From Lophium mytilinum (lineage: Eukaryota), in the NCBI GenBank assembly GCA_010093605.1, contig MU004200.1, forward strand, positions 620,001 to 684,000: DNA of 64,000 nt, read 5' to 3'. Positions 34,264 through 45,942 of this stretch are shown here, piece by piece. A program made the translations under genes and the position numbers. The stretch's first letter is position 1. Every line of letters begins with the position of its first letter. The notes under the pieces are model-generated. The model saw only the letters and a program-made list of their open reading frames with translations. It ran no database searches and was not told the origin of the DNA.

Positions 34264-36471
34264 CTATATAAGCTCAATAAACGTGCACGTATCTTCATCA
34301 TTGCCTTTCGCCGCCAGCTCACCATGCATAAGTCCATGCAAAAAACAAGGACCTACAAGCTGATACTGTTGGCCTTCAATGACCGGTCGAAGAATGACAA
34401 GGCTTTGCAGCTCGTTGATCCAAGCTATCTTGTCGAGTTTGCTGCAGTTTGGAGCCATGCCCATGTATCCCTCCTCCGTGAGGATACACTGGTCATGCAA
34501 GAACAGAAACGAAAGAGAAGAGAAAAATAACGCGATATCCTGGATCTCGCTGGGACTTTCTACCACCATCTCTATGGTTGCTTGGAAGTTGGTCTCACTG
34601 CCACGTTTCAGAAGCTCGAGATTTCTATCGATCCAGTCTGGATTTCGGTCTTCCGCCAGACGCATGAGCTTGCCAGTGGTTTTTCCGGCAGTGATAACGC
34701 TATTGAAGACGGTTTCAAAGTCTTCGCCCGTCGGATAGCCACCTTTAACCTCGTAGTGGTCTTTTGAATAGCGAAATATGAACCCGAGGTAGATCATTGT
34801 TTCCAAGAAGTCCATGACCCCATCTTTGCCCGGGCGAGTGATCTTTGATGGCAGCGGCTGGAAGATGGTGTCGAAAACGCAGCCTCTGACAGCAAGTACA
34901 TGGTGACAGCTATTATGCAGCACCACCGCGGGTACCCGGTTCATAGCGGCCTCGAATGACACTGGATACCAGTATCTATGCGGAACACTTCTGCGATCGG
35001 GTCTCAGATCTGGTATCCATGACGGTAGACCTAGTTTATCCAAGTCCGGATCGTCGAGTCTCCCCTCGGAGTCGCCAGATTCCTTGATGAATTCTAGAAG
35101 CCCTGTTCCACCACGTTGCTCGAGGCCTGCAAATAGAAGTATCAACAATCCCTCATGCAATATGTGCTCTCGAGCGAAACGAATGTAGACCTCCCGGGAG
35201 TCGACAGTGTAGTCTGGTGCAAGACGCAGATCTGAATCCTTGGGTATAAACCCGAGGATGGCAAAGACCCGATCTCGTTCATCTTGGCATCCCCATTTGC
35301 TCAGTTCACGCGTTTTACCGAATATTTGCTGGGTATAGTCTCGCATTAGCATATTACCGCCCTTCATAGACTTCCACTTGTCGCGCGCGTCGATGAGGGT
35401 CAGCGCATGAGCGATTGGACGAGTAAGGTCTGATTCGTGGGAGAAGGATATGAACTGACAGTCTGCCGTCCACAACATCTTTACTGCCCTACGGAATTGT
35501 GACCAGGTCAGAGACTCCATACCAAGGTGTAGACTGATATCTTTCGCCAAAATCACTTCTTGAGCGATCCACAAGCGGGAGAACCAAAGGCGCGCGAGGA
35601 CATCGTCTATGCCTGTCGATCCTCGCATCTCCTAGATCTGTGTCGCAACATCTTCATCCATTGGAAATGACCAATCTTCTCCAGCAACGGGACGCGGCGC
35701 AATGTATTCATCATACTCTGGTGCCTTGCTTAGCTCGGCTAATATTTCCAAGTTCTCCAAAGCCGCTGAAGAGGTTTCGGTCGCAGAGCCTAGCCACGCC
35801 ACGACGGACTCGGCTTTGCTGTATGTTTCATCCATGCGAGCTACTTGTACTGCCTTCTCTTCTAAATTCTTTTGATCGATGCATACAGCATCAATCCAAA
35901 CTCGAAGCATAGCGTCTTTTGGCCGTAGGGCTCGTAGGGCTCGATCGAGGTTACCTGTAATCTCTAAGGACCCAAACCCGAGACCAAGTGCACCGGCGAT
36001 TGCAACACCACTCCATGTATACGACAGAGCAACGTATCTTGCATTTTCTCGGTTGAAACAGACAACCAGGTTGGCGCGCAGTGGAGCCTCGTGCGTCGAT
36101 GCCGGTTCCAGCTCTAGGACCCGAATGGCGCCGGCATCAGGCAAAGGCTCGTAAATGTAGTTGTTCGCGGTGTCCACTGGCTGGGCAAGGCTTCTCGACC
36201 GCTCAGCTTCGTTTTGGTTTCGCTCTCGAGTCTTACTCTCCCCCATGCAGTGGATGCACCTAGGAGAGCCGCTATCCGTCTCTGTGACATTGCGCTGGTA
36301 GTCTCTTCTCCAAGCTTGATTGATGAGTCGGAGGGATGCTGCAGGAGTATCCGCACTGTCATCTAGCTTCCACTCATTGAAGTCAGTGGGGTGCCCAGGG
36401 TCGTGCTTCCAGGCGTCCCCATGTCGAGATGTTCCTTCCCCATCTAGCGTTCGTTCCGTGAAAAGAGACAT
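34264..36471 (-). pseudogene. HET-domain gene interrupted by one in-frame TAG at 35632-35634
   Basis: ORF 35632-36498 (YEPL, IRVLEL, YVALSYTW, VWIDAVCIDQKNLEEKAVQVARM) continues in the same frame after ATC TAG GAG ATG into ORF 34264-35628 (WFSRLWIAQE, RDRVFAILG, LPSWIPD). Confidence 0.82.
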
Positions 36472-36863
36472 CTCAAAACGAAGTGTATTAAATGACACCT
36501 GGAGTTGGAACTCGTTGTAATAAAGTGATAAGAAGATAGGCGACTAGCTACGCCGGCAGCCTAATCGTCAAAGCGGGGTAAAAGGGAGGTCCCAGGGCGG
36601 TTACGAAGGGTGAACAAACCAGCATCCTCTAAAGGAGTGCCGTGCAGCAAGGGTGCAGGAAGGCTGAGACTCAGCCTCTTCGCTCCCACGCTTTAACGCC
36701 AGTGGCTTTTCGGCACCCCAGCACTAATATTGAGGCAGAAGCAGCCCCTGAGTTGAGGCCAAACCGTGGCTGATCACAATGCGGCCGCTAGGTATAAAAT
36801 CTCCGTCTTCGCAGCACTTCCTAAGTCGTCATGTCAGCAAGCCAGCCCCAATGAATCCTCGAC

Positions 36864-39800
36864 ATGTACTGCTTCCCATACCCACGCGCATCCAATGTCC
36901 CTCCCATCCGAGTGCCTTACATAGCTAGCGGCGCATATCCCTTCAGCGGCCCGATCACCTCCAACACCCTTTCCGAAGCTGCTCTTGCTGTGTTGTATCA
37001 ACATTTGAGGTCGAGGAATATCCCTCCATCATCGCGAGATGCCTTGGCACCACTCATACAATCATTGCTATTCTTCGGCCTAGCTTCGAAAGCGCTAGGT
37101 CGGGACGTGAAGCATGATGAGTTTATTGAGAAATGCGCTGTCGGTAGCTCCGAGGCCTCGATCGATGTTCGGATCCCCCTGCGATTCTGGTCTGAACTCA
37201 AAACCCGCTGGGACCATTTACACCACACCCTGTCGGCGAACGCATACGAGCAGAAAAGGAAAGATGTACTGCGATATTTCGACATGGCTCAGTCAACGGT
37301 CGTCAAACTAGACTACGAAGGGGAGGAGGGGGGCAGAGAGCTCGCTCTAGTTCTTCTGTCTGTCCATATGCTTCTTTACCTGATTGCCAATATTTTGGGC
37401 TCCACCACGAGCCTGAAATCGAGTCTACAGTCTAGATCAACTCAGGTGCTATTAAAAAGAATGGTCAAGAATGGGTGGTGCAGGAAAAGACTCAACTTTG
37501 TTGAGGTGGTCCCAATGTTCTATCCAGCTCTATACTTCATGTCTTCGTTTCGACCCCCGCGAGCCCTTGATGAGGATCACCGAGCGTGCACTGCGACAAA
37601 ATGCTCCATCAACGGAGGACTCCTGCAACCCTTTCATCGCACTACAGATTGCCGATGCCATGATGTCAGTGTACCGCTGAAGAAAGTCACTGATATTGTG
37701 GCGGAGGGAGGTATCCCTTTGATTCGTATTAAGCGTCCACTCTCAGGAGGTTTGGAACTAGAGGTCGTTAAGTATGAGCGGACAAGTCACTTCACAGCTG
37801 TTTCTCATGTTTGGGCTGATCGTCAATTTGGTTCAGCGAGGAATGGGCTTCCTGCGTGTCAAGTGGAGTATCTTGATTCGGTGCTGGCGGCATTACCTCG
37901 AACTATCGATCATTGGCGTCTACGCGACTGGCACCAGAAAATGTTTTCCTCATCTGGTTCTGCGGATGGCATCGAGCCACCTAGCCACACGTATCGGTTA
38001 TTCTGGCTAGACACCTTCTGTATTCCCCAAGACGCGCAGCATGACGATTTGAAACACAAAGCTATCGAGTCGATGAACCTTATATATGCGGCAGCCTCGC
38101 ACACTTTGGTCTTCGATGCTGGCCTGCAAAAGCTAGATGCTGGGCAACGGCCTTCCTCGCTCGCTACTGGTAGCCGACCAACCTTCTATGGTCCAACCGA
38201 AGAGAATTTGCCGGATGTACTTGGACATATTTGCGCCTCGAATTGGATGGGAAGGGCATGGTGAGTAACTTATGAAGTCGATCCCCGTGCTGAACTGACG
38301 ATCGCGGACAGGACGCTGCAAGAGGGCGTGTTGTCTGGTCACCTTGTCTTCCAATTGGACGGGTCCTTCGCGTATCTACGGACATTATGGACATACCTCG
38401 ATTCGGGAGCTTCGCTTTGGGAACAACTACGACATTTTCTCAGGGATAATCGAACGGCCAATCCTCCTTTGAAGCGCGCAAGAAAGGGATCGAATCCGTT
38501 TCGGGATTGCATCTGCACTGAACTTCTCGAGCTTACTAAGGAATCGCTGCATGTCGAGGAACATAGAGATTATGCACGAAGACCAGTGAGCACTTGAAGG
38601 CATATTCTAGCTGGGAACATACCACTGACAGAAACTAGGCTGACCGAGCAGCACGGTTTGTTAAATCCCATAGCCTTCTCCAGTCGCGAAGCACAACCCA
38701 GCCCGCAGACCTTCCACTGATACTGATTCATATGTCTGGAATGAACGGCAACTCTGTCTCGAAATGCAAGAGCACAAATGAGCGAATGAAGCTCCTCTTC
38801 TACGGCCTCGAAACCCTTCCGGCAGAACTACTCTTTTCCGAGTGTGCAAAGATAGGAGGGTGCACAGTGGACTCCTGGATCCCACGAGAAGTTGTTCCGG
38901 AGAGATTTTCAGGGGACCACACCTTACAGCTTGGCCCGGAAGGATTTACGTTTAGCCATAGTAAGGACAGTCGGCGCTTGAGGTTTTTCTTGATTTCCTC
39001 CTCGACCGTCTGGCAGGGCCAAATGCTGCTTTCTTTAGCAAGCAATCGCAGGGATACGATGACCAAATACCTCGTTAAGGCTCTGACATCTTCAGCCGAA
39101 CAAGGACATGCTACCTCCGAGAATGGCTGGTGCGTTCTAGTCGAGGATGAGAGTCCCAATCCTCGAGGCGCGCGGCTTGTGATTAGCCGCATCAGCGAAA
39201 ATAAGGTGTTCCTTCATTTCGATTGCTCTTTGCGACTGTCCAGCAGCGACACCGACAGTACCGCGATAACAGACCAGCTCCTTCACAACGCATGTGTTGC
39301 TCAACCAGCGGATTTAGGACAAGAGTTCATCATTGAGAAAAGCTCGACACCTCAATCTCTCGGCCTGTCTCGCCCCCAAAATCCAGAACAGTACTCGGAT
39401 AGACTCGTCGTGATTAGTCAGGCACTGTGCTGGAGCATAAGTTCCTTGGAACGATACATCATCAAGAGATGTCTTAGTGATGCGCGAGCAAGCAACATCA
39501 TTTTCCTCATCGCATATGGCTTATTCTCCTACAAGCAACGTCAATGGGTCGATCGAGCTCTCCATGCTTTCGTTCATCACGCATGGATTCAAACTTTTCA
39601 TCCAACATGGAGTCCAAACGGACGGTGGAAGTGGTTCTGGAAGTTGTCGAATTACGAGCCACCGATTCCGTTTAGCGTGATGATGAAGTACTACTGTAAG
39701 CTTGCTTTCAACCTGTCGCTATTTCTAGGTTTCTATCGTGGGATGATAATCGTGACGTTGTATTGGTTACCGCTGTATCCGAAAAAGGAGCTGTTACATA

Positions 39801-39868
39801 TGATTTTGGGGGGCCTGGTGTTGAAACCTCTATTGAAAGCTGTTTTTTGGCTCGTTGCGAGGCTTTAA
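36864..39868 (+). CDS. HET-domain protein with N-terminal extension and hydrophobic C-terminal segments; introns 38261-38311 and 38586-38638
   Basis: QSLLFFG, FTAVSHVWAD, NGLPACQ, FWLDTFCIP, MNLIYAAA, SNWMGRAW|TLQE (across the intron) and RSTTQPAD. gtgagt/gtgagc donors with ctgac branch points. Confidence 0.88.
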
Positions 39869-40260
39869 GAAACAAGATTGTCAGCAGGATAGATTTCTTT
39901 TAACTTCCTATTCTAAGTAGCAGAATGTCCTGCGGAGTCGCAAATTTCGATCATATTTCGCGAAGAGCTAGGTTACGTGTGACCTCTGTACCAAAACCTA
40001 CTTCCTTTTTTAATCCCTAGATATTCTGGGAGTTTGAATACCCGACTTCTAGTCTCAGGCCTGCTGTCTGTTTCCATATATCTATAACGATCAAGCTCAA
40101 TTACATATAACAAAATTGAAATAATTCCAATTCCAACGATAGCCCAATGTGCACCCAAGCAATTTCCTTTCCTGTTCAGGAACCTGACTGGATGAGCGTA
40201 TCTTGAGCCGAGACTGGAAGGATCTGAGCCAAGCCGAGCAGCTCGGTCGAACCCAGTTTT

Positions 40261-40404
40261 AGGCCCTGTATTCGACGGGGAGGGTTGAGACTGACGTCCT
40301 CACCCTGCGTCGGAAGGCCTATTTCCGGGCCCGTAGGCCTGCTAGGCCCCAATTTCAGGGCCCTAATTCTCGAGTAAACTTACCCTCGATGGAAAACAGC
40401 CCAA
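40261..40404 (-). repeat. Right copy of the ~145-bp inverted repeat (partner 31325-31472)
   Basis: aggccctgtattcgac...ctcgagtaaacttaccctcgatggaaaacagcccaa is the reverse complement of the left copy. Confidence 0.93.
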
Positions 40405-41211
40405 GGCTGATCTACGCCACTTCATCAGCCATGCAAGGGTAGAGCCACGAGTGGCTGATAGGTTCCAACGTCCTCTAAGGAAGTCTTCCCTCCGCTAGTC
40501 AGTGGATCGAACCGAGGGTTTTCTCCCTGGGGAGTATATTAAGGATCTCTGGACCATCTGGATGATATCCTGTCGACTAGAGAGGTTCATACTGCCACGA
40601 TACTCGTATTCTTCACCTGGTTTTATGACGCTTCGCCGCTTGCTCAGCCTGGAGGATCAGCCTGGAAGAGCTCATAGGAATGGGTAGGGTTTGTATAGAG
40701 CTTTATCATATATTGTAACTCTACCCGGATGCAGGGTTATGCTCGCTCAAATGAATATTTCATTAATCCCTCCTATAATATTGTGCCCGGCCCGGGCTGG
40801 GACTAGAGTTTGCAGAAGACAGTAATATAAATGCCAAGGAAAGCCACTTCAGAAAATCTCGATGCCACCAAGGGTCTCGAAACGAGAACTGAGGACGCAA
40901 CCACTCTGCTTACAGGCTTCCAAATCGGGCTGCAAGCAATTCTTGATGCTAGCTCTGAAAGCGAAGAGATCCTCAAGGCTGATCCTCAACGTCAGCTCAC
41001 GAGAGCACTTGACGGTTGGAGCTTGAAGGGCTTCGCCGTTGTCACCCAACGCTCGGCCTCGCTCTGAGAACATGCAGGATAATCGGAGACGGCATTCCCG
41101 ATGTTGGGAATGTACGATAGATATCATAGCCCAACCTTGACAGATGGCCTCCTCCTCGTCGCGCCTGCGCTCGCCGCCGCCCAGATTTGAACGTGGTATA
41201 CAACCACAACC

Positions 41212-44200
41212 TCAACGGAAGTAAAAGGCCTCCCTCAACGGCTTCTGAAACCTCCCCAACTTCTCAAAGTCCTCATACTTGAACCCTCTCACAATCGCAT
41301 ACCCCACAATCGTATGATACTGCTTGTCGTCCGTCTCCCGAATAACCATCGGAAATTCCGTATTCTTCAACACAACCACCTTATCTCCCATCTGGATATT
41401 CGTGACTCCCCGGCAGCCCATCCCCACAAGTCCAAATTTCGTCTCGAAAAACGTTCGCCCGGAGAGCCACGTCGAGTGCTCGTATGACTCGCGATCAAAC
41501 GCCTTTTCGTCGTGGACGAACATCTTATTTGCCAGGATCCGGGGCTTGCCCTCTTCCAACTTCGCAGTTGCAGTCTCCGTCGTAGTCGTGAGAGTATTTG
41601 AGATTGTCTGTCCAGCTTCTGATACCGTCTTGTACTCTGAGATCCACGCCGAGACCTCGGCGTCCCCGGGAAACTGGGCAGCAAGAGATTCGAAATACTG
41701 GCGTGATTCCTCGGCTATTTTCCGACTCAGCCTCATTTGTCTGTCGTGATCTTCCGTGATAGTTTTCTTTATCGTGTCTCGATCTGCGATTTGTTGATCT
41801 CGGTATGGTAGGTAGGAATCATCGGCTGTACTGGATCTCTTTTGGGTGGAGTCTGGGAAGGATCGGATGGCATTAACGAAGCTCAGGACAAGTCGCACTC
41901 TCATTCTAACTTCCTCCTCGTGCTCGCATGCTGTGATGTGATGCTGCAATAGTTCGTAGCAGGGTTGTATTTTCGAGGCTATGCCCGACTCGTTGCTGGG
42001 AATCCAATCTGTAGAACTTCCACTATTTGTAGGAAGTTTGAGATCGCGCAACTTGGTGGAGACAACAGATATTTGAGAGGCACTGAATTGGCAAGGTAGA
42101 CTTGGCTTTCTCAAGTATTTGATCTGATCTAAGAGGCTTGGGTAATCAAATAACGCAGCACCGAATAGATCTGTGCTGGAGTGATTGGCTTTCTCCAGGA
42201 ATAAGCATAGTGTTGAAAGCCGAGTACATATTCGCATGAAGGCGGAAGCAATTTTCAGGTGCTCAAGCATCTGAATACTGATCGCGGTCCGGGCCTGAAC
42301 TGAAGTAGGTACGAAATCTTTGGTAAGGCCTCGCATTTGCTCCATTAAGCTTTCGCACGTGGCGTTGTGAGTTTTATAGGCATCCTTTACTTCGTTGAAG
42401 AAAGGGTCGAAACTTGATTTGAGGATATCGTGCTTATTGAATATATTGAAAGGTGGCAACTCGAAAGCTATGCTTTCCATGTCTCGTTTGACGATGGGAG
42501 AAACCCATTTTCGTATGAGATCTCTAGTGTGAAGCATTGGCAGCGTCTTGAACACTGGAGGGGACTTTCTAAGCAATGCTGCACTTGGGGTGGCAGCAAA
42601 TATGTTCTCCAGGAACCAAAGCTCCCGGACAGTGTTTGGCCAATCAGGCTGGTTGATGGCATATACGTGGTTCACTAAGTCCAGTAAGTATCCCTCCATG
42701 GCCAAAACGCCATCCCGAATAGCGATTGGGCAGGGTAAGCTTTTCTTCAACTTGCCGTAATCAAACAAGTTGTGCTCCAGCATCGCGGCCTCTGGTATTG
42801 GCTTGGTAAAATCCGGGACCCAGGAAGGCATGCTCGGAGAGAGTCTGTAAGGATACCACCAGAAGACCTGTTGCCATCCATCAATAGCCAAAACCCAGGT
42901 TGCAAGCTTATGAAAAGCAATCTCGACGGACTCTGAATATTTGGGAGTGAAAACACCTTGCGAAATTGGGTCCAAGAAGGAACGCATGCCATATATCCTG
43001 TCTCGAGGGTTGGTGCACCTTAAATTTACCTTTTTTAGAATGCCCCTTGGTAGCCACAGATGAGCAAATTCAGATTGATTTTGAGCCGAACGGAGCGTTA
43101 AAACACTGTAGACATGAAGTATTTGCCTCATAATGGGCTGCCATGACTTTTGAACGTCAAGATCGAGTTTGAATTCCCCAGAAAACGGTATAAGATGAGT
43201 TGCGATATTCCTCTGCAGCATTTTCCAGTCCCTTAGTAGAGCGGACGCTTGAATTGAGTGGTGTCCAAGGTGAAATGTTGGGTCAGTACGTGAAAGACTG
43301 TACTCTTGCTGAACCCAGATCCGGTTCCACCATGGCAGAAGACAGAAATGGACGTAAGCTTCGAGTAATTCTTGTATATTTCTCTCATCCAGACCCAAGT
43401 CTTCAATGGCCTTGTCAACCGAACCTTCTTCATGAACGTTTCGGTTGAGGAAAGAGCAGAGCGCCAACCCGCCAGTCTTTGGCTCGCCGAGATAAACAAT
43501 AACATGTTGCGCGGCCCTGTATATTTCGAGCATCATGCCAATCTGGATTTCTTTATCTCGGTTGTCGTTTTGGTTGATACACAGCGAATCTACCCATAGA
43601 ACACGAGAGTTCTCTTTCACGCGTAGGGCTTGAAGAGCATGATAGAGATTTGGGGTTATCTCAATATTTGTGCCCTCGATTTCGATGAAATAGCTGACTT
43701 CGGCTTCCATATCCCCCCACACGTATGATAAGGCTTCGTAGATGGGGCTCGTCGACAGATCCACGCAAACTATTGTGGCTTTCAACGTAGTGCCCTCACT
43801 AGGCAAGAGTGACAGAAGTCGTATACTATTTCCAGGTTCGGCGAGTCGAAATTTTTGGTAAAGCTTGGCGACGACTGACTCCGGCTCGTGCCGCAACATA
43901 TCATGTTCACGAGCTGGTGCAGTTGGTATTCCGGCCAAACATAAGATTGCGTGGGCGTGCTCTACAAGCTTCAATTGAAGATCATCCTCGGTTGCGGCCT
44001 CATCAATATTCCACGGCGGCAATTCCAAATTTGAGAATCCTAAGAAATTGTAAGTCAAATCTGAGCCTTGGGGTAGTACTTGGGTGGATAATGTCGAACT
44101 GGCTGACCTTTTCGTGTGAAGAAAAGACCGAGTACTATCGGCACACTGACAGTTATCCACGATTTGCGCCACTTGAGCATTTGTACAGGTGCCGCCTTTG

Positions 44201-45467
44201 CTTTCACTTCATCAACGTGCGCAGGAAGAGAATCGCTTTCGTAAAAGTAGACAGGATTGCGAAACTCTCGGAGCTCTTCGGGCTTCCCGAGGCGCTCCCA
44301 ATAATCCAAAAATGAAAAGGCGGTCGCTTGCGTAGTTTTCTGGTCCACGAGTCTGCGGAGCCATAGGCCGACTTCTTCGTCATCGTCAATACCTCTGGTA
44401 GAAGCTTGATTTGTGTTTCCTACTCCAACAACATAGAATGCGTGGCCTGCGCAAGTGGCCGTGATCGGTGTCTCCTGCTCGGTACGCGCTATCCACTTTT
44501 GATAACAGCCGTCGCAAACAAACATGAACAGACACGACTTGCAAGCAAGCCATCGAGTTCGAGGTTTGATCTGTTCTTTGCAAACGTCGCAAGATCCGGA
44601 GTTGGTTGGTTGTTTGAATGCAAAGGAGGCATTCGCCGCGTCGTTGCTCCACAGACACATAAGTCCCAACGCCCAAATAGGGCCCCGTTCAACCTTCAGT
44701 ATCCGTTCGCATAGCTGGGCGAGCTTAGTGACGCACTGGTGTCGTGGGCGGTCATTCCGAAGCGGCTGCTGATAGAACTGTTGAAGATAGCTGAACGATA
44801 ATAACTTACTTATCGCGACAGTAGCGGTATGAGTGTCCCCAAGTGCTTCACTGTAGCGTTCGAACGCACGCTCTAGCACGTTAACTGCCTCGTCGTGAAA
44901 ATTTCGATTTCTGAATTCGAGCCCCAGTCGATACAGCGCACGCCTTTCAACATCCATTTCAGTCCGATACAGCACACGCATTTCGACATTCGTATCAGTC
45001 CCTAGTTTCCGGGAGCCTTCCGCGACTCTCTCAAGCAAGATAAGCGCTTCTTTCAATTTCCCACGCTGGATATACACATCTGTCAAGCTAAAGGAAGTCG
45101 CAATCGTGTCGCTGTGGATGCGTCCCGCTGTCCTCTCGTCGAAGATCAGCGTTCGCTGGAGCATGCTCTCCAGTTTTGTGCTTTCCCCGATTTTTTGATA
45201 GAAGTCGCTTGATTTTCGGAGGGCAGATGATAGTTGTGGACTATTTGGGCCATATGTCTCCTCGGCATCGCTCAGCTCTTGCAAGCACGTCGCTTCGTCT
45301 GTCACCACTACGGTCGTGCTAGAGGCTGCCGGTGGGGAAACAATTCTATTTGCTCGTAACGAGAGCGCGACTTTGAGCATCATTGCCGTGAACACCCCCA
45401 GAAGAGTGACTGGGAATAACATCTGGAACACGGCTGCAAACCTGCCTCGGAGTATTGTTGTGATCAT
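41212..45467 (-). CDS. Predicted ~1395-aa fusion: N-terminal hydrophobic helix, TPR-like repeats, ZZ-type zinc finger and HET domain; intron 44040-44107
   Basis: HET motifs SIRLLSL, YEALSYVWG, LWVDSLCINQND, WWNRIWVQQE and PSWVPDF in 41212-44039. Kinesin-light-chain-type TPR units (YGPNSP, AGRIHSDT, LGDTHTAT) and CDVC...CKSC...CDGC...CAGH in 44108-45467. The phase-1 donor AAAG|gtcagc and phase-1 acceptor cttag|GA join the two overlapping ORFs in frame. Confidence 0.72.
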
Positions 45468-45916
45468 GATTGCGGGAGGCAGGTACCGCTGGCAAGACGA
45501 GATCTTGCCTGGCTTTTGCGGAAAGCATTGAAGAGGGTTAAGAGAGGCTGGGAAGCAGAGAAAGGGGATGCAGTGCGCCACCTCATTCTAGCTGCAAGGC
45601 TGAAACGAACTAACGCAGGTGTCGTCTTTGGCCTCACGGGGATTTACTGAGGCCGCATCTTTCATTTATTACCTATGGTACAACACCGGCAGGTGCTGAG
45701 TTCCGACCATCGATGATTTCAGCCTGGAGAATTGAGATCCTAGGTTGAGGTGAGGTTAGAGACAAAGTGGGCCATGGCATGGCTTGATTGGAGGGACGAC
45801 CTTGGCCGCAAAATCGCCGCAAGATGACCTGAGCCGGGCCTGAGGCAAAATCAGCCACAGTGGCGCTAGATCACGTGAGCAGTGTGGTGGGGCAGACCTC
45901 GAGTGCACATTGAGGT

Positions 45917-45942
45917 TAGGTACCACAGTACTGTGGTACCTA
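45917..45942. repeat. Perfect 26-bp palindrome
   Basis: TAGGTACCACAGTACTGTGGTACCTA is its own reverse complement. Confidence 0.9.

Noticed and set aside
40430..41100. Fragmentary plus-strand frames downstream of the right inverted repeat
   Set aside because: Multiple stops and no recognisable domain. It may be a pseudogene but cannot be assigned.
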